DNA from: a virus
Lineage: Duplodnaviria > Caudoviricetes
Reading direction: 5' to 3' (one strand)
IMG/VR virus record: IMGVR_UViG_3300031813_000006
Coordinates: 32,001 to 96,000 of that record
DNA: 64,000 nucleotides
Shown here: piece by piece, positions 36,901 through 46,389 of the stretch
Position numbering within the stretch: position 1 is the first letter of the stretch
Layout: each line of letters begins with the position of its first letter
Notes under the pieces: generated by a model
What the model saw: the letters and a program-made list of their open reading frames with translations, nothing else
Told to the model about the DNA's origin: nothing
Databases searched by the model: none
Translations under genes and position numbers: made by a program

Positions 36901-38516
36901 GCCTTTAATGGGTTATAAGGTTCACCATTAGGTTTTAATAAACCTCCTGTTTGATAAGTATTTACTGCTTCCCAAATTCTAGGTTTCCAAGTAGCAAAAT
37001 ATGCAGGATTAGGAACACCACCTTGCTGAAATTGAGGAGTATCACTAGGTATTGCCAATCCTGCACCTGTTTGACGATTGGTATTAAACATGTCATATTG
37101 AGAACTTGATAATACATGGTTTTTATTAGCACTAGGTTTTGCAGAATAACTTCCTACATCATGGTAAGCTATGATTAAATCTTTAGGATCAATCTTATAA
37201 TCTTGTATGATTTTATCAGCCTGAGATTTGATTTGATTAACTGAACCTGCAAAATCTATTGCAACATTCTTACCATCAATTAAAAATACAACACTATTTC
37301 CTCCAAATTTACCATAGGCATCTTTTGTACCTTTAGGTGAAATGAAATAAGTCTGTTTATTATCTTTAGTATATAATGTTTTAATACTACTATTGAATCC
37401 TTTAGCGGGACCTTCTGAATTCCAATTGATATCTGTATATCTATATTGACGTAAAGAATCTGCTAGTTTAGGTAATGGTTTCTTTTGATTTTCTAAATCT
37501 TCTAACTCTGATTTTTTAATGTATTTGATATTAACTTTACCATCAGGTAATTTAGAATATTGTGTAAAATAAGGGTCTGTAATGGTAGAACCAGGGTTAT
37601 CAGCTTTCCAAGTTGAAGCTTTATCTCTTTGATGAAACCATTGAGTTTCACTATCATCTACAGGTTTATCTTTTACAATGTCATAATCATATAGAAAATG
37701 TGCCATATGATTGACATTTGGATATGTTTTATTAACACTTATTGGTTCAGTAGGTACATAATTAAAACCTTTATTGTTATCAAATACATTTATATAAGAT
37801 ACAAACCCATCTTTTGTTTTACCTAATTGCTTATAAAAAGGTTTAACTTCTGTATCTGGCTTTAATGAATCAGCTGTAGGTTTACTAATGCTATCTTGTT
37901 TAGTTTTAAGATCAACTGTATTGTTTTTAATAGTATCTACTAAATCATGAGCATCTTTTAAACCATATTTTACAAGTCCTCTATTTATTTGATAATAAAT
38001 ATTACTCAACCAATTATTAGAATCTTCAGAAGGTAAATTAGAATTTTGTGGATTATAACCAATACCTGGACTTCCTGCATTAGTCTGTACAGAATAAGTA
38101 GAAGGTGTTTGTTCTTCAATTACTTTAAGATTAGGGTAATAATCAGGTGCTATAACTTTAAATAATTTCTCCTCAAGTTTATTTCTTTCAGATTTAGATG
38201 AATTATCATAATTAGGCAACTGTATATAAGAAGGTTGTGCTGAACCACCCCCTTGAAATTGTGGATACTCTGTTACAGAATCCCCAGGAAATTGATAATG
38301 CATTCCTGGATACATCATCTGACTATTACCTAGATTATCAATACCATGTACTGGATAATCAACTCCTTGCATGGTAATATCACCTGAAGGAATTTTAGTT
38401 ATTTGTCCAGGGTATTTCCATTGTCCTTCAGGAGAATACAATACATCTTTACTATAAGGATTTTTAATCCCTTTAGCAGTAGATTCAACTTTTATCTTTC
38501 CTTTATTAAAACTCAT
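33975..38516 (-). CDS. Virion polyprotein-like protein with about 20 xxGG motifs
   Basis: 1513 aa; N-terminal GQWKYPG...ITMQGVDYPV...VTEYP domain; repeated [FMY]xxGG; basic IHIKK...FARNAAKWKH module. Confidence 0.65.
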   Translation of the reverse strand: MSFNKGKIKVESTAKGIKNPYSKDVLYSPEGQWKYPGQITKIPSGDITMQGVDYPVHGIDNLGNSQMMYPGMHYQFPGDSVTEYPQFQGGGSAQPSYIQLPNYDNSSKSERNKLEEKLFKVIAPDYYPNLKVIEEQTPSTYSVQTNAGSPGIGYNPQNSNLPSEDSNNWLSNIYYQINRGLVKYGLKDAHDLVDTIKNNTVDLKTKQDSISKPTADSLKPDTEVKPFYKQLGKTKDGFVSYINVFDNNKGFNYVPTEPISVNKTYPNVNHMAHFLYDYDIVKDKPVDDSETQWFHQRDKASTWKADNPGSTITDPYFTQYSKLPDGKVNIKYIKKSELEDLENQKKPLPKLADSLRQYRYTDINWNSEGPAKGFNSSIKTLYTKDNKQTYFISPKGTKDAYGKFGGNSVVFLIDGKNVAIDFAGSVNQIKSQADKIIQDYKIDPKDLIIAYHDVGSYSAKPSANKNHVLSSSQYDMFNTNRQTGAGLAIPSDTPQFQQGGVPNPAYFATWKPRIWEAVNTYQTGGLLKPNGEPYNPLKAVFVQSQLPPEEKYVPRFTPQLNNVDFETAKQNDKRDKYVPSNRNIKLHHGNFNTGSVNTAELDSSMVASHRQGLDSPWNPIGTIGTESTFKEDPYIGRGIPYPYDPHSLTTSISNWDYALKLHPEYIRYYGEKNHDEIDHEKLDQGWMYWTNNPNSLDETFTQKDVENYKKHIINQQRNLPGNAYDNLALRWKNGEMDHYNPKDPNYLKTVANNIEDLKKDKELRDYVENYWNKLNGVNNTVSQVDYEKHGGTHFNKSHKPFDYSERSRINEVTMARGGSNINLMKNTFSRAWGGSNAANRANHLDSIPSMMAKEGGSGFQSEDNDIFTDKKNNFLELIHNMSMDALHKELVPHAIFHHMPDGSIVSHGEMQEQQGEGMKKGGIHIKKSHEGRFTAYKKRTGKTTEEALHSRDPHVRQMANFARNAAKWKHEEGGNVGGDQYMYEPGGYMQQGGFYNPDMAYAMGGDISIPDLTPDSFYSKMAYGGERRWENTGLMDWRQDGGGMLATAPGQTNDFGYQGVNNNFNLAAQQARNNANVGKSFNTFFEETVNRNMNKRVGYDASVQNPKGKYGMINTFQGGGSNDIPTYDQYVQQQNTHPYQYGNPQYQPQQPIQTGRTPGHFYQTRNAQQGQYPTNINVQPNHWQNSSSSWFPMNTMIPTNHMESPYHPFHRGQTEHLQALDPNQYLASTDMKYGWLDKSSPKQITMNFRKPAGFGSVTPYQEPVNYSKKADYNLPTNNPVNKPLSEEQDTFANYQPPAQVGVPFENTSSKKRGGSLKRADVGSVITPNNAVSISGAGSNWGVNSFVQDPIQRPTSSNDPQQITMDGWQTQNQPRVAPRGFNENYTQPGQTVSFNRHTHYNPEDTVNWGLAGMEALTSMANIPDMLHAQQQAQNRTHADMAFTAIPPNAGSRGDYDINSGRFRENQQTPAQFQSMARFGGSFAMGGFQEGGEYYLDENEIERILAEGGTVEYLD

Positions 38517-38941
38517 TTGATAAAGCGTTTTAAGGTTTGTCTTTTAGTATCCTCTTTCTTCTCATCAATAGCATCTGAATGCCAGGCATTGCAACAACCG
38601 TCAGCAATAACTTTAGTATCCTGTACTCCCAAGATTTCAAATAAGAGACATTCTGATTCATTCTTTTTATAGTATTCACAATGTTCACATCTAACCTTTG
38701 CATTGATTAAACCGGATTCTTTAGGAGATACATTTGCTTCTACGTGTTCTAGTTCACTTTCTACAGCTGGTCCTCCGGGTACATAAAGTCCACATGACAT
38801 AGTAGGTTCTATCTTAACATTCTTTCCGTGTAAAGAACATACCTTATGATCTGTAATATACATCTTACAAGTCGCACATTGGGCATAATTATGTGTCTTA
38901 CTTTTAGGTTCTAAGTAAAGGAAGGTAGCCTTGGTCATCAT
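38513..38941 (-). CDS. Tandem HiPIP-like Cys-cluster protein
   Basis: Two CxxCxxY...C...Cxx[YW] units; the second ends VIADGCCNAW. Confidence 0.55.
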   Translation of the reverse strand: MMTKATFLYLEPKSKTHNYAQCATCKMYITDHKVCSLHGKNVKIEPTMSCGLYVPGGPAVESELEHVEANVSPKESGLINAKVRCEHCEYYKKNESECLLFEILGVQDTKVIADGCCNAWHSDAIDEKKEDTKRQTLKRFIK

Positions 38942-41900
38942 CTCTTTGAAGTTAAATTCTTATCTACAATAGCTTTGACAAGCATTTTAGTAGGACCTGA
39001 CACAAGTTTTCTTAAAATAACATGTGTTAGATAATGTCTAAACTTCTTCCTTTGAAGAGGCGGCTTGTTATAGTTCAAATTTACGGAATTTAATGATCTC
39101 TTGTATCCATTAGTTTCCCATAACCAAATAAATCTTTGGGCCATGGCATTACTAGAGTTCATAAACTCTCCTCTATCATCTGTAATATCCCAAAATTGAT
39201 TAAATCTATACTTCTGTTCTTTCTTAGTATAAAGGATACTAATTTGGGAATTACCAATAATTGGATATTTAAGTGCAGCAAAAGGATCATTCTTTGGAGT
39301 ATCTACTAAAGCTAGTACACCAGATACTTGTTCAGTATTGTGAATTATGGCTTGATCAAATCCATAATCCAATTGATGGAACTTATCATAACCATTGGTG
39401 CCGTATTTATAAGCTTCCATGTAATATTCAATACTTCTTAAGCTATTTACAGTAACACCTGTGGCCGCAACATACTCAACCTCAAAGGGATAGTCAATTC
39501 CATAGAAATTAGCAAAACTATCTACGCGGAGATTATGTTGATAAAACTGATTGTCTTTGATACTTACAAAAGTGTTCTTACTTGATATCAATAAATCAGG
39601 ATGCCAGTCATGGAAAGATAAGAACACCTTTTCTTTAGGGTCATATGATAGTGTCCAAGAAGCGTTTTGAAATATTGCAGGATCTCCTAATTGATAAGGA
39701 GTTTGTCCATCTACCAAAAAAGAATCTGAATCAGCATTATAAACCACTCTACCAGCATATGCAGGTAATAAAGAGTAGTCTTTTTTACAGAAATATAGTA
39801 TCTCAATTTGGTTATCATAGACAATTTGGCATCCAATCCCTGCCACAGGATTATCAGTTAAAGGATAATTAGGAAAATCATTAGTTAATGTATATGGTAA
39901 AAACTTCTTTAACCAGAACTTCATATTACTTTGGATACCTATATCTACAATACCACCTGCGTAACTAAAAAGTTTACCTTGATTTTCACACATCCAAAAG
40001 GTTCCAAGAGGAGTATTGATACAACTTAATCTGTTTTGACAAGATCCGTATTCCATAGAATCTTCTACATTGACTATATTTTGACCGGGTTGAGAAAACA
40101 ACCCTCCATCACCTATTGTAAGTTTGGTACCTAAACCTGTTTGTAACTGATCAACCCCTTGATACATTAAAGGACTAGCAGATTCAAACAATATAATAAC
40201 ACCACTTTTATTAATAGATTTGATAGTTGTAATCTGGCTAGCAAACGTTTCATAGTTATTAGGAAGAAACACTCTCCAATAATCTTTCTTTTGTTCTTCT
40301 TTTTGAGGAAGAGAGTAGATTAGTTTATAAGGATAGTATGCATAGCATTCCGCAGCAACCAAAGGATTGTAGTTTCTTAATTGAGTATTCCCCCAAGAGA
40401 TTAGATTAGAATAAAGTTTAGAAATACTTAATGAATAGTCATATTTAAACAACTCTCCAGCTTTAATAATCTGAGGATTAAATAAACCAGGTAAATCTGT
40501 ATAAGATGTAGGATCATAAAATCTATCTGCATCAGTATCATTCCAATCCCTAAATTCAGTATTAACTTCAGATTCTACATAGAAATCTCTAACACCTGAT
40601 TGAAATAAATAAAAGTATGCATCATATATGGCAAATAAACCAAATATAGCATTACTTAAGCTTTGAGCACTAAAGATGTTACTACCATTAGCATTTGCTT
40701 GAAGATTATCTAAATTATGTCTACCAGATGGAAGCCCATTATTTAAAGGACTTGTACCTAAACTTAAAAACCATTGAAGAATACCACTTAAAAATTCATT
40801 AGCTTCAAACTTATTAAAATTAGCCCAATATCTTGGGTAGTTAACCATATAATATTTAGTGTAATCAAACTGGTAACCATCAGGTTGTTGAAACAACCAG
40901 TCATAAAAATAGAAAAAAGTATTCTTTTCAGTATATCTACATACATATGTATCACCACCAAATATAGGTCCTGTAGAAGAAAATCTATTAGACTGAAGGT
41001 AATTATAAGATGTAATACAAGAAATTGGAACCTCTCTTACAGAACCAATCTGTCCATATTGACCATCAAGTTCTACTTTAAGTGCACCATAATAACTTGT
41101 AGTAGATGTATTAAAAGGATTATTAGGTCCGTAATTTCCAATATTTTGAACAGTATTATCAGTACCGGCGGGATTAGTTAAACCTTTATTTCCAAGATCT
41201 AATACAACTGATCTATTTCTATAAAGATTGTTAATTCTATAAGCACTACCAAAATCTTGTAATTGGTTTTCTAAATAATTAGCATTCCAAATAGATTTTC
41301 TAATATTGTTATTTAAAGCTGTTGCATTACCTGGAGTAAAATTAGAATAAAAACCATGTGATAAATACCTATAAGCATATTGCTTATAAGGAACCAAAGC
41401 TTCAATTAAATCTAAAGTATCATTAGTACCTAAGGTCCAATAATTACCAAACATCATTACACCCGTTACAGCTCTAATAATAGGATCTTGATAATCCATT
41501 TTACCCCATTGTTTATTATATTCTACACCACCACCAGATATACCAGGAATTATTGAAGCAATCTGAGCTGCAGTTAAAATACTACCATCAGTACTATCAA
41601 TTCCATATATTGCAGGTATTATAGTAGTAAATAATGAGGTTGTTAATAAATTTGCACCATCAGCTGTACCTTGATAAACACCTATTCCCGTAGGTCCAGT
41701 TAACAATGTCGTATCTGTACCTATACCTGCAGGTCCTGCAAAAGAAAAACCTGTAACTGCTAATTTTGGTGCTATATGTTTATCTGTTCTTGTACCTTTA
41801 ACAGCTTCTATAGCAGCTCCCATACCTATCATAGCTGCAATAAAAAATGAAAAATCAGTTATAAGTTTTTGTTTAGGATGGTTAGGGACCTCACTAAAAG

Positions 41901-43962
41901 AACCTAATACAGTACCGTTAATTTCACCATCTAATTTTAATTCTTTTGCAGAAAGAAAAGGATGTCTAAATTGAGTATCAGGAGAATGAAAAGTATATAC
42001 AGAAGGACTTACTGCAGTAGTAGGAGTTGCTGTACGGGGTTTTCCAGTAATGCTTCCTGGATTAGTATCTGTAGTACTTATTGTAGGATCTGCACCAAGT
42101 GGGTTATAAGGATAGTTAGGATAAATACCTTGTCTAGTACTTGTACTACCTTGGGTTAAAGTATATTCCCTAGTGTTATTAATCATTCCTTTGGCAATAA
42201 TGCTTTTATTACCTTCTCTAGAACCTCTTAATATTTCATAACCTACTATATTGGTAATTAGATTACCACTATTATCTAATGGAAAAGCTACGTTAGTTAC
42301 TTCAATACCTAATAACCTAATAGTTGTTATACCATTGGAATCTGTAAAGAAGTGGTTTGTCTGATTAAAATTCAATGGATTTCCTACAGAATCATATATG
42401 AAATTACCCGGCATTTTATGATGCCTTACTGGAGTACCACATAATGTTCCCCAAACATCAGGCATATTATCAGGATAGTTCTCAGTAGATTCCCAATATC
42501 CCATTTGACCTTTTGCAATTACAGTACCTCCATCATCAGTAACTTCTTTAACTGTAGCATAGTTTATATAGTTGGTATCTATATTAGCTGTATTACTTAC
42601 TTGCCATAAAGCTGTTTCTCCAAATAGTTTTTCACTAGCATTAAAATTTGTAGAAAGATCAGAAGGTTGAGATGCTCTCCCTGGTATATGATAAGAAGAA
42701 GACTTAGCACCTGTATTGTACACCCATCTTATAAAAAAGCAATATACTTCATCTCTTAAATAAGATGCGTTATTACCACCGGATTTATAATAATTATTAA
42801 GGTATTCAGTTGATATCCAATTGATTGCAATATTATTAGCTAGTGGCTGATAATTAAAATCAAGATTGCTAGTTGGTCCAACTCTAGCAAGATAGTCTGA
42901 TATAGGGAATATAGCATCTGATTTCTCATATTCTGGGGTTATGATAGGGATTAGTTCTATAGGAAGATCCGGTAAAGTAGGATCAATATTGTCAATTGAT
43001 ATTGTATTTGTTATAGTATCATACAACCCAATAATTTTAGCAGTGGTTTGTAAATTGATATTACTTACTATAACTAGTTGAAACTCACTGAAATAGGTAG
43101 TATCTAAATTAGAAAAATTGATATGTAAAGAACCTGATGAATTATTATGATTAAAAATAGGTTGGATTGATACAGGAGGGAAGTAATCACTCATTACTTG
43201 ACCATTTACTGTATAAGCCCCTGTAACAAAATAGGTCCCGTTTAATAAGTTACCCCCTGAATGACCTAATGAAAGATTGATACAAGGTAATTGCATTAAA
43301 CTTGCAAGCCTCATTTTATCACAATCTAACTGATAAGGATCCGCAAGAGTACCTCCAGATGTTACACTTCCACTTTTAGAAATAGGAATGCATGCATAAC
43401 AAGATGGATCATTAAGATTTAAGTTACTTGAATTAGGAAAACCTGTATTTTGACATATCAAAGGTATATTATTAAAATTTATGAATCTGTCAGGATTGTT
43501 ACCATCAGCAAAATATACAGACCAAGAACAATCAAAGTTATACTTAGCGGCCCCGGTGATTAAGTTTTCTTTCTTCCAATTCAAACAAGATGTGTCAATA
43601 CACATTTGGTTTGTTAAAGAAGGATTCTGAGGAGAAACTAAAGGAGTATATGTACAATTACTATCATCAAATAAACCTATTTCATTTTTACCGTGACTGT
43701 CTGTAGAGAATATGTACCATAAATCAGCCAGTTGATGAATTGTCCCAATAATAGTATAAGGTACTACGCTATTAGCACATAGTAGATTACTAGGTTCTGT
43801 ACCTAATGTAGTAAGATCTCCTGAAGAAGAAACAGGAGTAGCATTGATTGCGTGAGACCAAGCACCCTCAGGAATAGAAGATTCATTTAAATCTTTTAAC
43901 ATCCCTTTTACAAAAGAAGCACCTGATGAACTACTTGTATTTTCTTGGTTTTGTTGCGCCAT
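38938..43962 (-). CDS. Tail stabilisation/muzzle protein (P22 gp10-like, crAss-like)
   Basis: 1674 aa; N-terminal FVKGMLKD...WSHAINA; YLRDEVYCFFIRW; C-terminal WTLSY...SFHDWHPD. Follows the ring genes. Confidence 0.75.
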   Translation of the reverse strand: MAQQNQENTSSSSGASFVKGMLKDLNESSIPEGAWSHAINATPVSSSGDLTTLGTEPSNLLCANSVVPYTIIGTIHQLADLWYIFSTDSHGKNEIGLFDDSNCTYTPLVSPQNPSLTNQMCIDTSCLNWKKENLITGAAKYNFDCSWSVYFADGNNPDRFINFNNIPLICQNTGFPNSSNLNLNDPSCYACIPISKSGSVTSGGTLADPYQLDCDKMRLASLMQLPCINLSLGHSGGNLLNGTYFVTGAYTVNGQVMSDYFPPVSIQPIFNHNNSSGSLHINFSNLDTTYFSEFQLVIVSNINLQTTAKIIGLYDTITNTISIDNIDPTLPDLPIELIPIITPEYEKSDAIFPISDYLARVGPTSNLDFNYQPLANNIAINWISTEYLNNYYKSGGNNASYLRDEVYCFFIRWVYNTGAKSSSYHIPGRASQPSDLSTNFNASEKLFGETALWQVSNTANIDTNYINYATVKEVTDDGGTVIAKGQMGYWESTENYPDNMPDVWGTLCGTPVRHHKMPGNFIYDSVGNPLNFNQTNHFFTDSNGITTIRLLGIEVTNVAFPLDNSGNLITNIVGYEILRGSREGNKSIIAKGMINNTREYTLTQGSTSTRQGIYPNYPYNPLGADPTISTTDTNPGSITGKPRTATPTTAVSPSVYTFHSPDTQFRHPFLSAKELKLDGEINGTVLGSFSEVPNHPKQKLITDFSFFIAAMIGMGAAIEAVKGTRTDKHIAPKLAVTGFSFAGPAGIGTDTTLLTGPTGIGVYQGTADGANLLTTSLFTTIIPAIYGIDSTDGSILTAAQIASIIPGISGGGVEYNKQWGKMDYQDPIIRAVTGVMMFGNYWTLGTNDTLDLIEALVPYKQYAYRYLSHGFYSNFTPGNATALNNNIRKSIWNANYLENQLQDFGSAYRINNLYRNRSVVLDLGNKGLTNPAGTDNTVQNIGNYGPNNPFNTSTTSYYGALKVELDGQYGQIGSVREVPISCITSYNYLQSNRFSSTGPIFGGDTYVCRYTEKNTFFYFYDWLFQQPDGYQFDYTKYYMVNYPRYWANFNKFEANEFLSGILQWFLSLGTSPLNNGLPSGRHNLDNLQANANGSNIFSAQSLSNAIFGLFAIYDAYFYLFQSGVRDFYVESEVNTEFRDWNDTDADRFYDPTSYTDLPGLFNPQIIKAGELFKYDYSLSISKLYSNLISWGNTQLRNYNPLVAAECYAYYPYKLIYSLPQKEEQKKDYWRVFLPNNYETFASQITTIKSINKSGVIILFESASPLMYQGVDQLQTGLGTKLTIGDGGLFSQPGQNIVNVEDSMEYGSCQNRLSCINTPLGTFWMCENQGKLFSYAGGIVDIGIQSNMKFWLKKFLPYTLTNDFPNYPLTDNPVAGIGCQIVYDNQIEILYFCKKDYSLLPAYAGRVVYNADSDSFLVDGQTPYQLGDPAIFQNASWTLSYDPKEKVFLSFHDWHPDLLISSKNTFVSIKDNQFYQHNLRVDSFANFYGIDYPFEVEYVAATGVTVNSLRSIEYYMEAYKYGTNGYDKFHQLDYGFDQAIIHNTEQVSGVLALVDTPKNDPFAALKYPIIGNSQISILYTKKEQKYRFNQFWDITDDRGEFMNSSNAMAQRFIWLWETNGYKRSLNSVNLNYNKPPLQRKKFRHYLTHVILRKLVSGPTKMLVKAIVDKNLTSKR

Positions 43963-44966
43963 TATGATACGTTATTAGTTCCTGGATAATGTCCACCTGG
44001 ATATGACTTAAACATGTCATAATATTTTGCATATGCCGCTCTTCTAATCATATCATGATTCTTAGATAATTCAGAGAAGTTAGGTGTATTGACAATAGTA
44101 AATGCATTATTTCTAGCGGCTTTAAGACTAGGTAATACAATTTGTAACTGTTTAGAAACATCTGTACCATCCATCATAAGGTTTTCTAAGATCCTTGCTT
44201 TGATGGCATATTCATAAAATTCATTTAACATAGGATGATCAGGAACCAAAATCTCTCCGTCTTCATTCATAAGAGATCCCATATAGTTGATATAGATTTT
44301 AGCACAATCCATATTTACCCATAAGAAACCATCTTTAATCCAAGCATGGTTTCTAGGACCTCTATAAACCATTTGACCACCTTGATTCATATGTGAATGC
44401 TGATGGTGTTTTCTATTAGGATCAGTGGCTGCTACAAAGATGAGAGGTTCATTAATCTCATAATGTCTTGTTTCAAAGTTTACAATCTGTATAAGGGTGA
44501 TATCCTGTCCACACTTTGTCAAACAAGTTGGGGTAACAGTATTAGGTAATTGAGTAGGATTACAAAATAAAGGTTCCGGAGTAGTACATGAATTAGGATC
44601 ATCTGGATCCTTATAGAAAGGAACAAAAGGATTATTAGAAGTGTACTGATTAAAAGGAGGTACCTCAAACTCTTCAATATGAGTACCTTGAGGAGGTGTG
44701 GTTTTTACTGTAAAATGACCACATATATTACCAAAATTCATTACATCAAAATCATCTGGTAACCGGACCCGGCCTTTATCTAAATCTAATATTGCTTCCC
44801 TTGTTTGATTAACTCTCAATCCAAGATCATAATTACATCTTCTTGCAACTTTAATAAGTGAACCGGCGTCTATTTTACCTTCCAAAGCAAGAGATTTCAT
44901 ATCAAGTCTCACATCTTCAAGCAATTGCTCTAGCGTTCTGTAGCGTAATGTGTAGTTAAAATCCAT
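43962..44966 (-). CDS. Tail ring/tubular protein (P22 gp4-like)
   Basis: RVRLPDDF...KIYINYMG...DGEILVPD...YEYAIK pattern; synteny. Confidence 0.7.
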   Translation of the reverse strand: MDFNYTLRYRTLEQLLEDVRLDMKSLALEGKIDAGSLIKVARRCNYDLGLRVNQTREAILDLDKGRVRLPDDFDVMNFGNICGHFTVKTTPPQGTHIEEFEVPPFNQYTSNNPFVPFYKDPDDPNSCTTPEPLFCNPTQLPNTVTPTCLTKCGQDITLIQIVNFETRHYEINEPLIFVAATDPNRKHHQHSHMNQGGQMVYRGPRNHAWIKDGFLWVNMDCAKIYINYMGSLMNEDGEILVPDHPMLNEFYEYAIKARILENLMMDGTDVSKQLQIVLPSLKAARNNAFTIVNTPNFSELSKNHDMIRRAAYAKYYDMFKSYPGGHYPGTNNVS

Positions 44967-44976
44967 ATGTCATGTA

Positions 44977-45645
44977 TTATCTGAATGCACTCATCTTATT
45001 ATCAGGGCCCTCCTGAGGGAACTTAATAGTCATACCTAAATCTGAAAGAACTTGTTGTTCTATTTGAGCAAATAAATAACTAGGAACCAATAAAGGTTGA
45101 TCATATCTTGCTACACAAGGATCTGCATCACAAGCTACTTTAGACATATCATCTTCAAAAATACCTTCTACGCGTACGGCTTCCCAATCAAGATTAGGAA
45201 AATACAATCTATTATTAAGATACCAATAGTATTTTTGTCTATTGTATTTAAAATTGGTAGTCTTTGTCAAAGATGTATAAGTATCAGGGGTAGTTGGATC
45301 CACACGGATAGAACCATCTATGGAAGAAACTGTCCTGAATAAAAGACCAAAACTGGCTTCCATTACTCCTGGAATTTCATTTACAGTTCTCATTATAGTA
45401 CAATCAGAACTAATACCTCCACAGCATTCCTCTATCTTATCAACAGGTTCCAAGGTCATACAAGGAATAGATCTAAACACACCTGCAAATTTAAGTAAGT
45501 CATTCATAGATTCTTGCTTTCTCATGAAAGCTCTAGCATACTTAAGAATTATACTATAAAGAAACCTATCAGTTAAAAAAGCATCTTCTTTAACTGTTTT
45601 AGTAGTATTCCTAATTCTAGATATTGCATCTCCTATAGTATCCAT
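44977..45645 (-). CDS. Tail ring protein
   Basis: LTDRFLY...CMTLEPVD...YYWYLNNRLYFPN...VEGIFED pattern; synteny. Confidence 0.65.
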   Translation of the reverse strand: MDTIGDAISRIRNTTKTVKEDAFLTDRFLYSIILKYARAFMRKQESMNDLLKFAGVFRSIPCMTLEPVDKIEECCGGISSDCTIMRTVNEIPGVMEASFGLLFRTVSSIDGSIRVDPTTPDTYTSLTKTTNFKYNRQKYYWYLNNRLYFPNLDWEAVRVEGIFEDDMSKVACDADPCVARYDQPLLVPSYLFAQIEQQVLSDLGMTIKFPQEGPDNKMSAFR

Positions 45646-45646
45646 A

Positions 45647-46249
45647 TTAGTCTAAATCAAATTCATCATAATTAGAAAAATCAATTTTACTATGTTGTTC
45701 TAACTTTAAATCTTCACTGTATGCTGCGCGTTGTCTATTAGTACTGGTACTGGTATCAGCCAACTTATCATAGATAATATACCTTTCCCAATTTTTAGGA
45801 TATTCTCTAGATACTAATCTTTTGAACTCTCTGGTAGCTTCATATCTCCAAAGAAATCTATTTTGTACATAATGTTTTCTATCTATGTTAGAATAAAATA
45901 ATCTACCTACTTTACCATTACTATTAAGATTCCTATGATAAACTCTTTTATTAAGTTTGATAGATTCTCCAAAATTGATATTATTCTTATTCTTTGTTGG
46001 GCAACTTACTAATTGTACAAACCCTAATTTACTTGGTAAATCAACTCCATCTACATTTGTAACTATCTCTTCCTGAAGGTGTTGGTTAAAAACAGTGATG
46101 ACATTCTTAATCATCATAGCTGTCATAGAATCAAATTTTCCTGGATTTCTTGTCTTCAATTTCTTCAACATTCTATCCATACTGATCCCTTTACCTACAG
46201 GGCGTCTTAAACGGGGTGCCTTAAGATCTGGTAGTTTAAAGTCTGCCAT
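45647..46249 (-). CDS. IHF/HU-like protein of the crAss-like tail module
   Basis: Basic protein; I...FN..L.E.I...GVDLPSKLGFV...YH.N..SNG...R.FKR pattern; position before the ring genes. Confidence 0.6.
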   Translation of the reverse strand: MADFKLPDLKAPRLRRPVGKGISMDRMLKKLKTRNPGKFDSMTAMMIKNVITVFNQHLQEEIVTNVDGVDLPSKLGFVQLVSCPTKNKNNINFGESIKLNKRVYHRNLNSNGKVGRLFYSNIDRKHYVQNRFLWRYEATREFKRLVSREYPKNWERYIIYDKLADTSTSTNRQRAAYSEDLKLEQHSKIDFSNYDEFDLD

Positions 46250-46253
46250 ATTA

Positions 46254-46265
46254 CAATATACAAAA
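46254..46265 (-). promoter_or_regulatory. Putative late promoter motif TTTTGTATATTG
   Basis: Recurs at 56613-56624 and 62376-62387, each time intergenic and upstream of a - strand start codon. Confidence 0.5.
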
Positions 46266-46315
46266 AATTTATCTATAAAGGTAGTAAAACTTAAGATAAA
46301 TACCTACCGGATTCT

Positions 46316-46350
46316 ATAAAAGAGAAGGCCCAGGTTTCCCTGAGCCTCTC
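46316..46350 (-). terminator. Intrinsic terminator
   Basis: The - strand reads GAGAGGCTCAGG-GAAA-CCTGGGCCTTCTC-TTTTAT. Confidence 0.7.
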
Positions 46351-46389
46351 CGCGTATAGTTACATACCTAAACCAACAAGCTGCAACTA

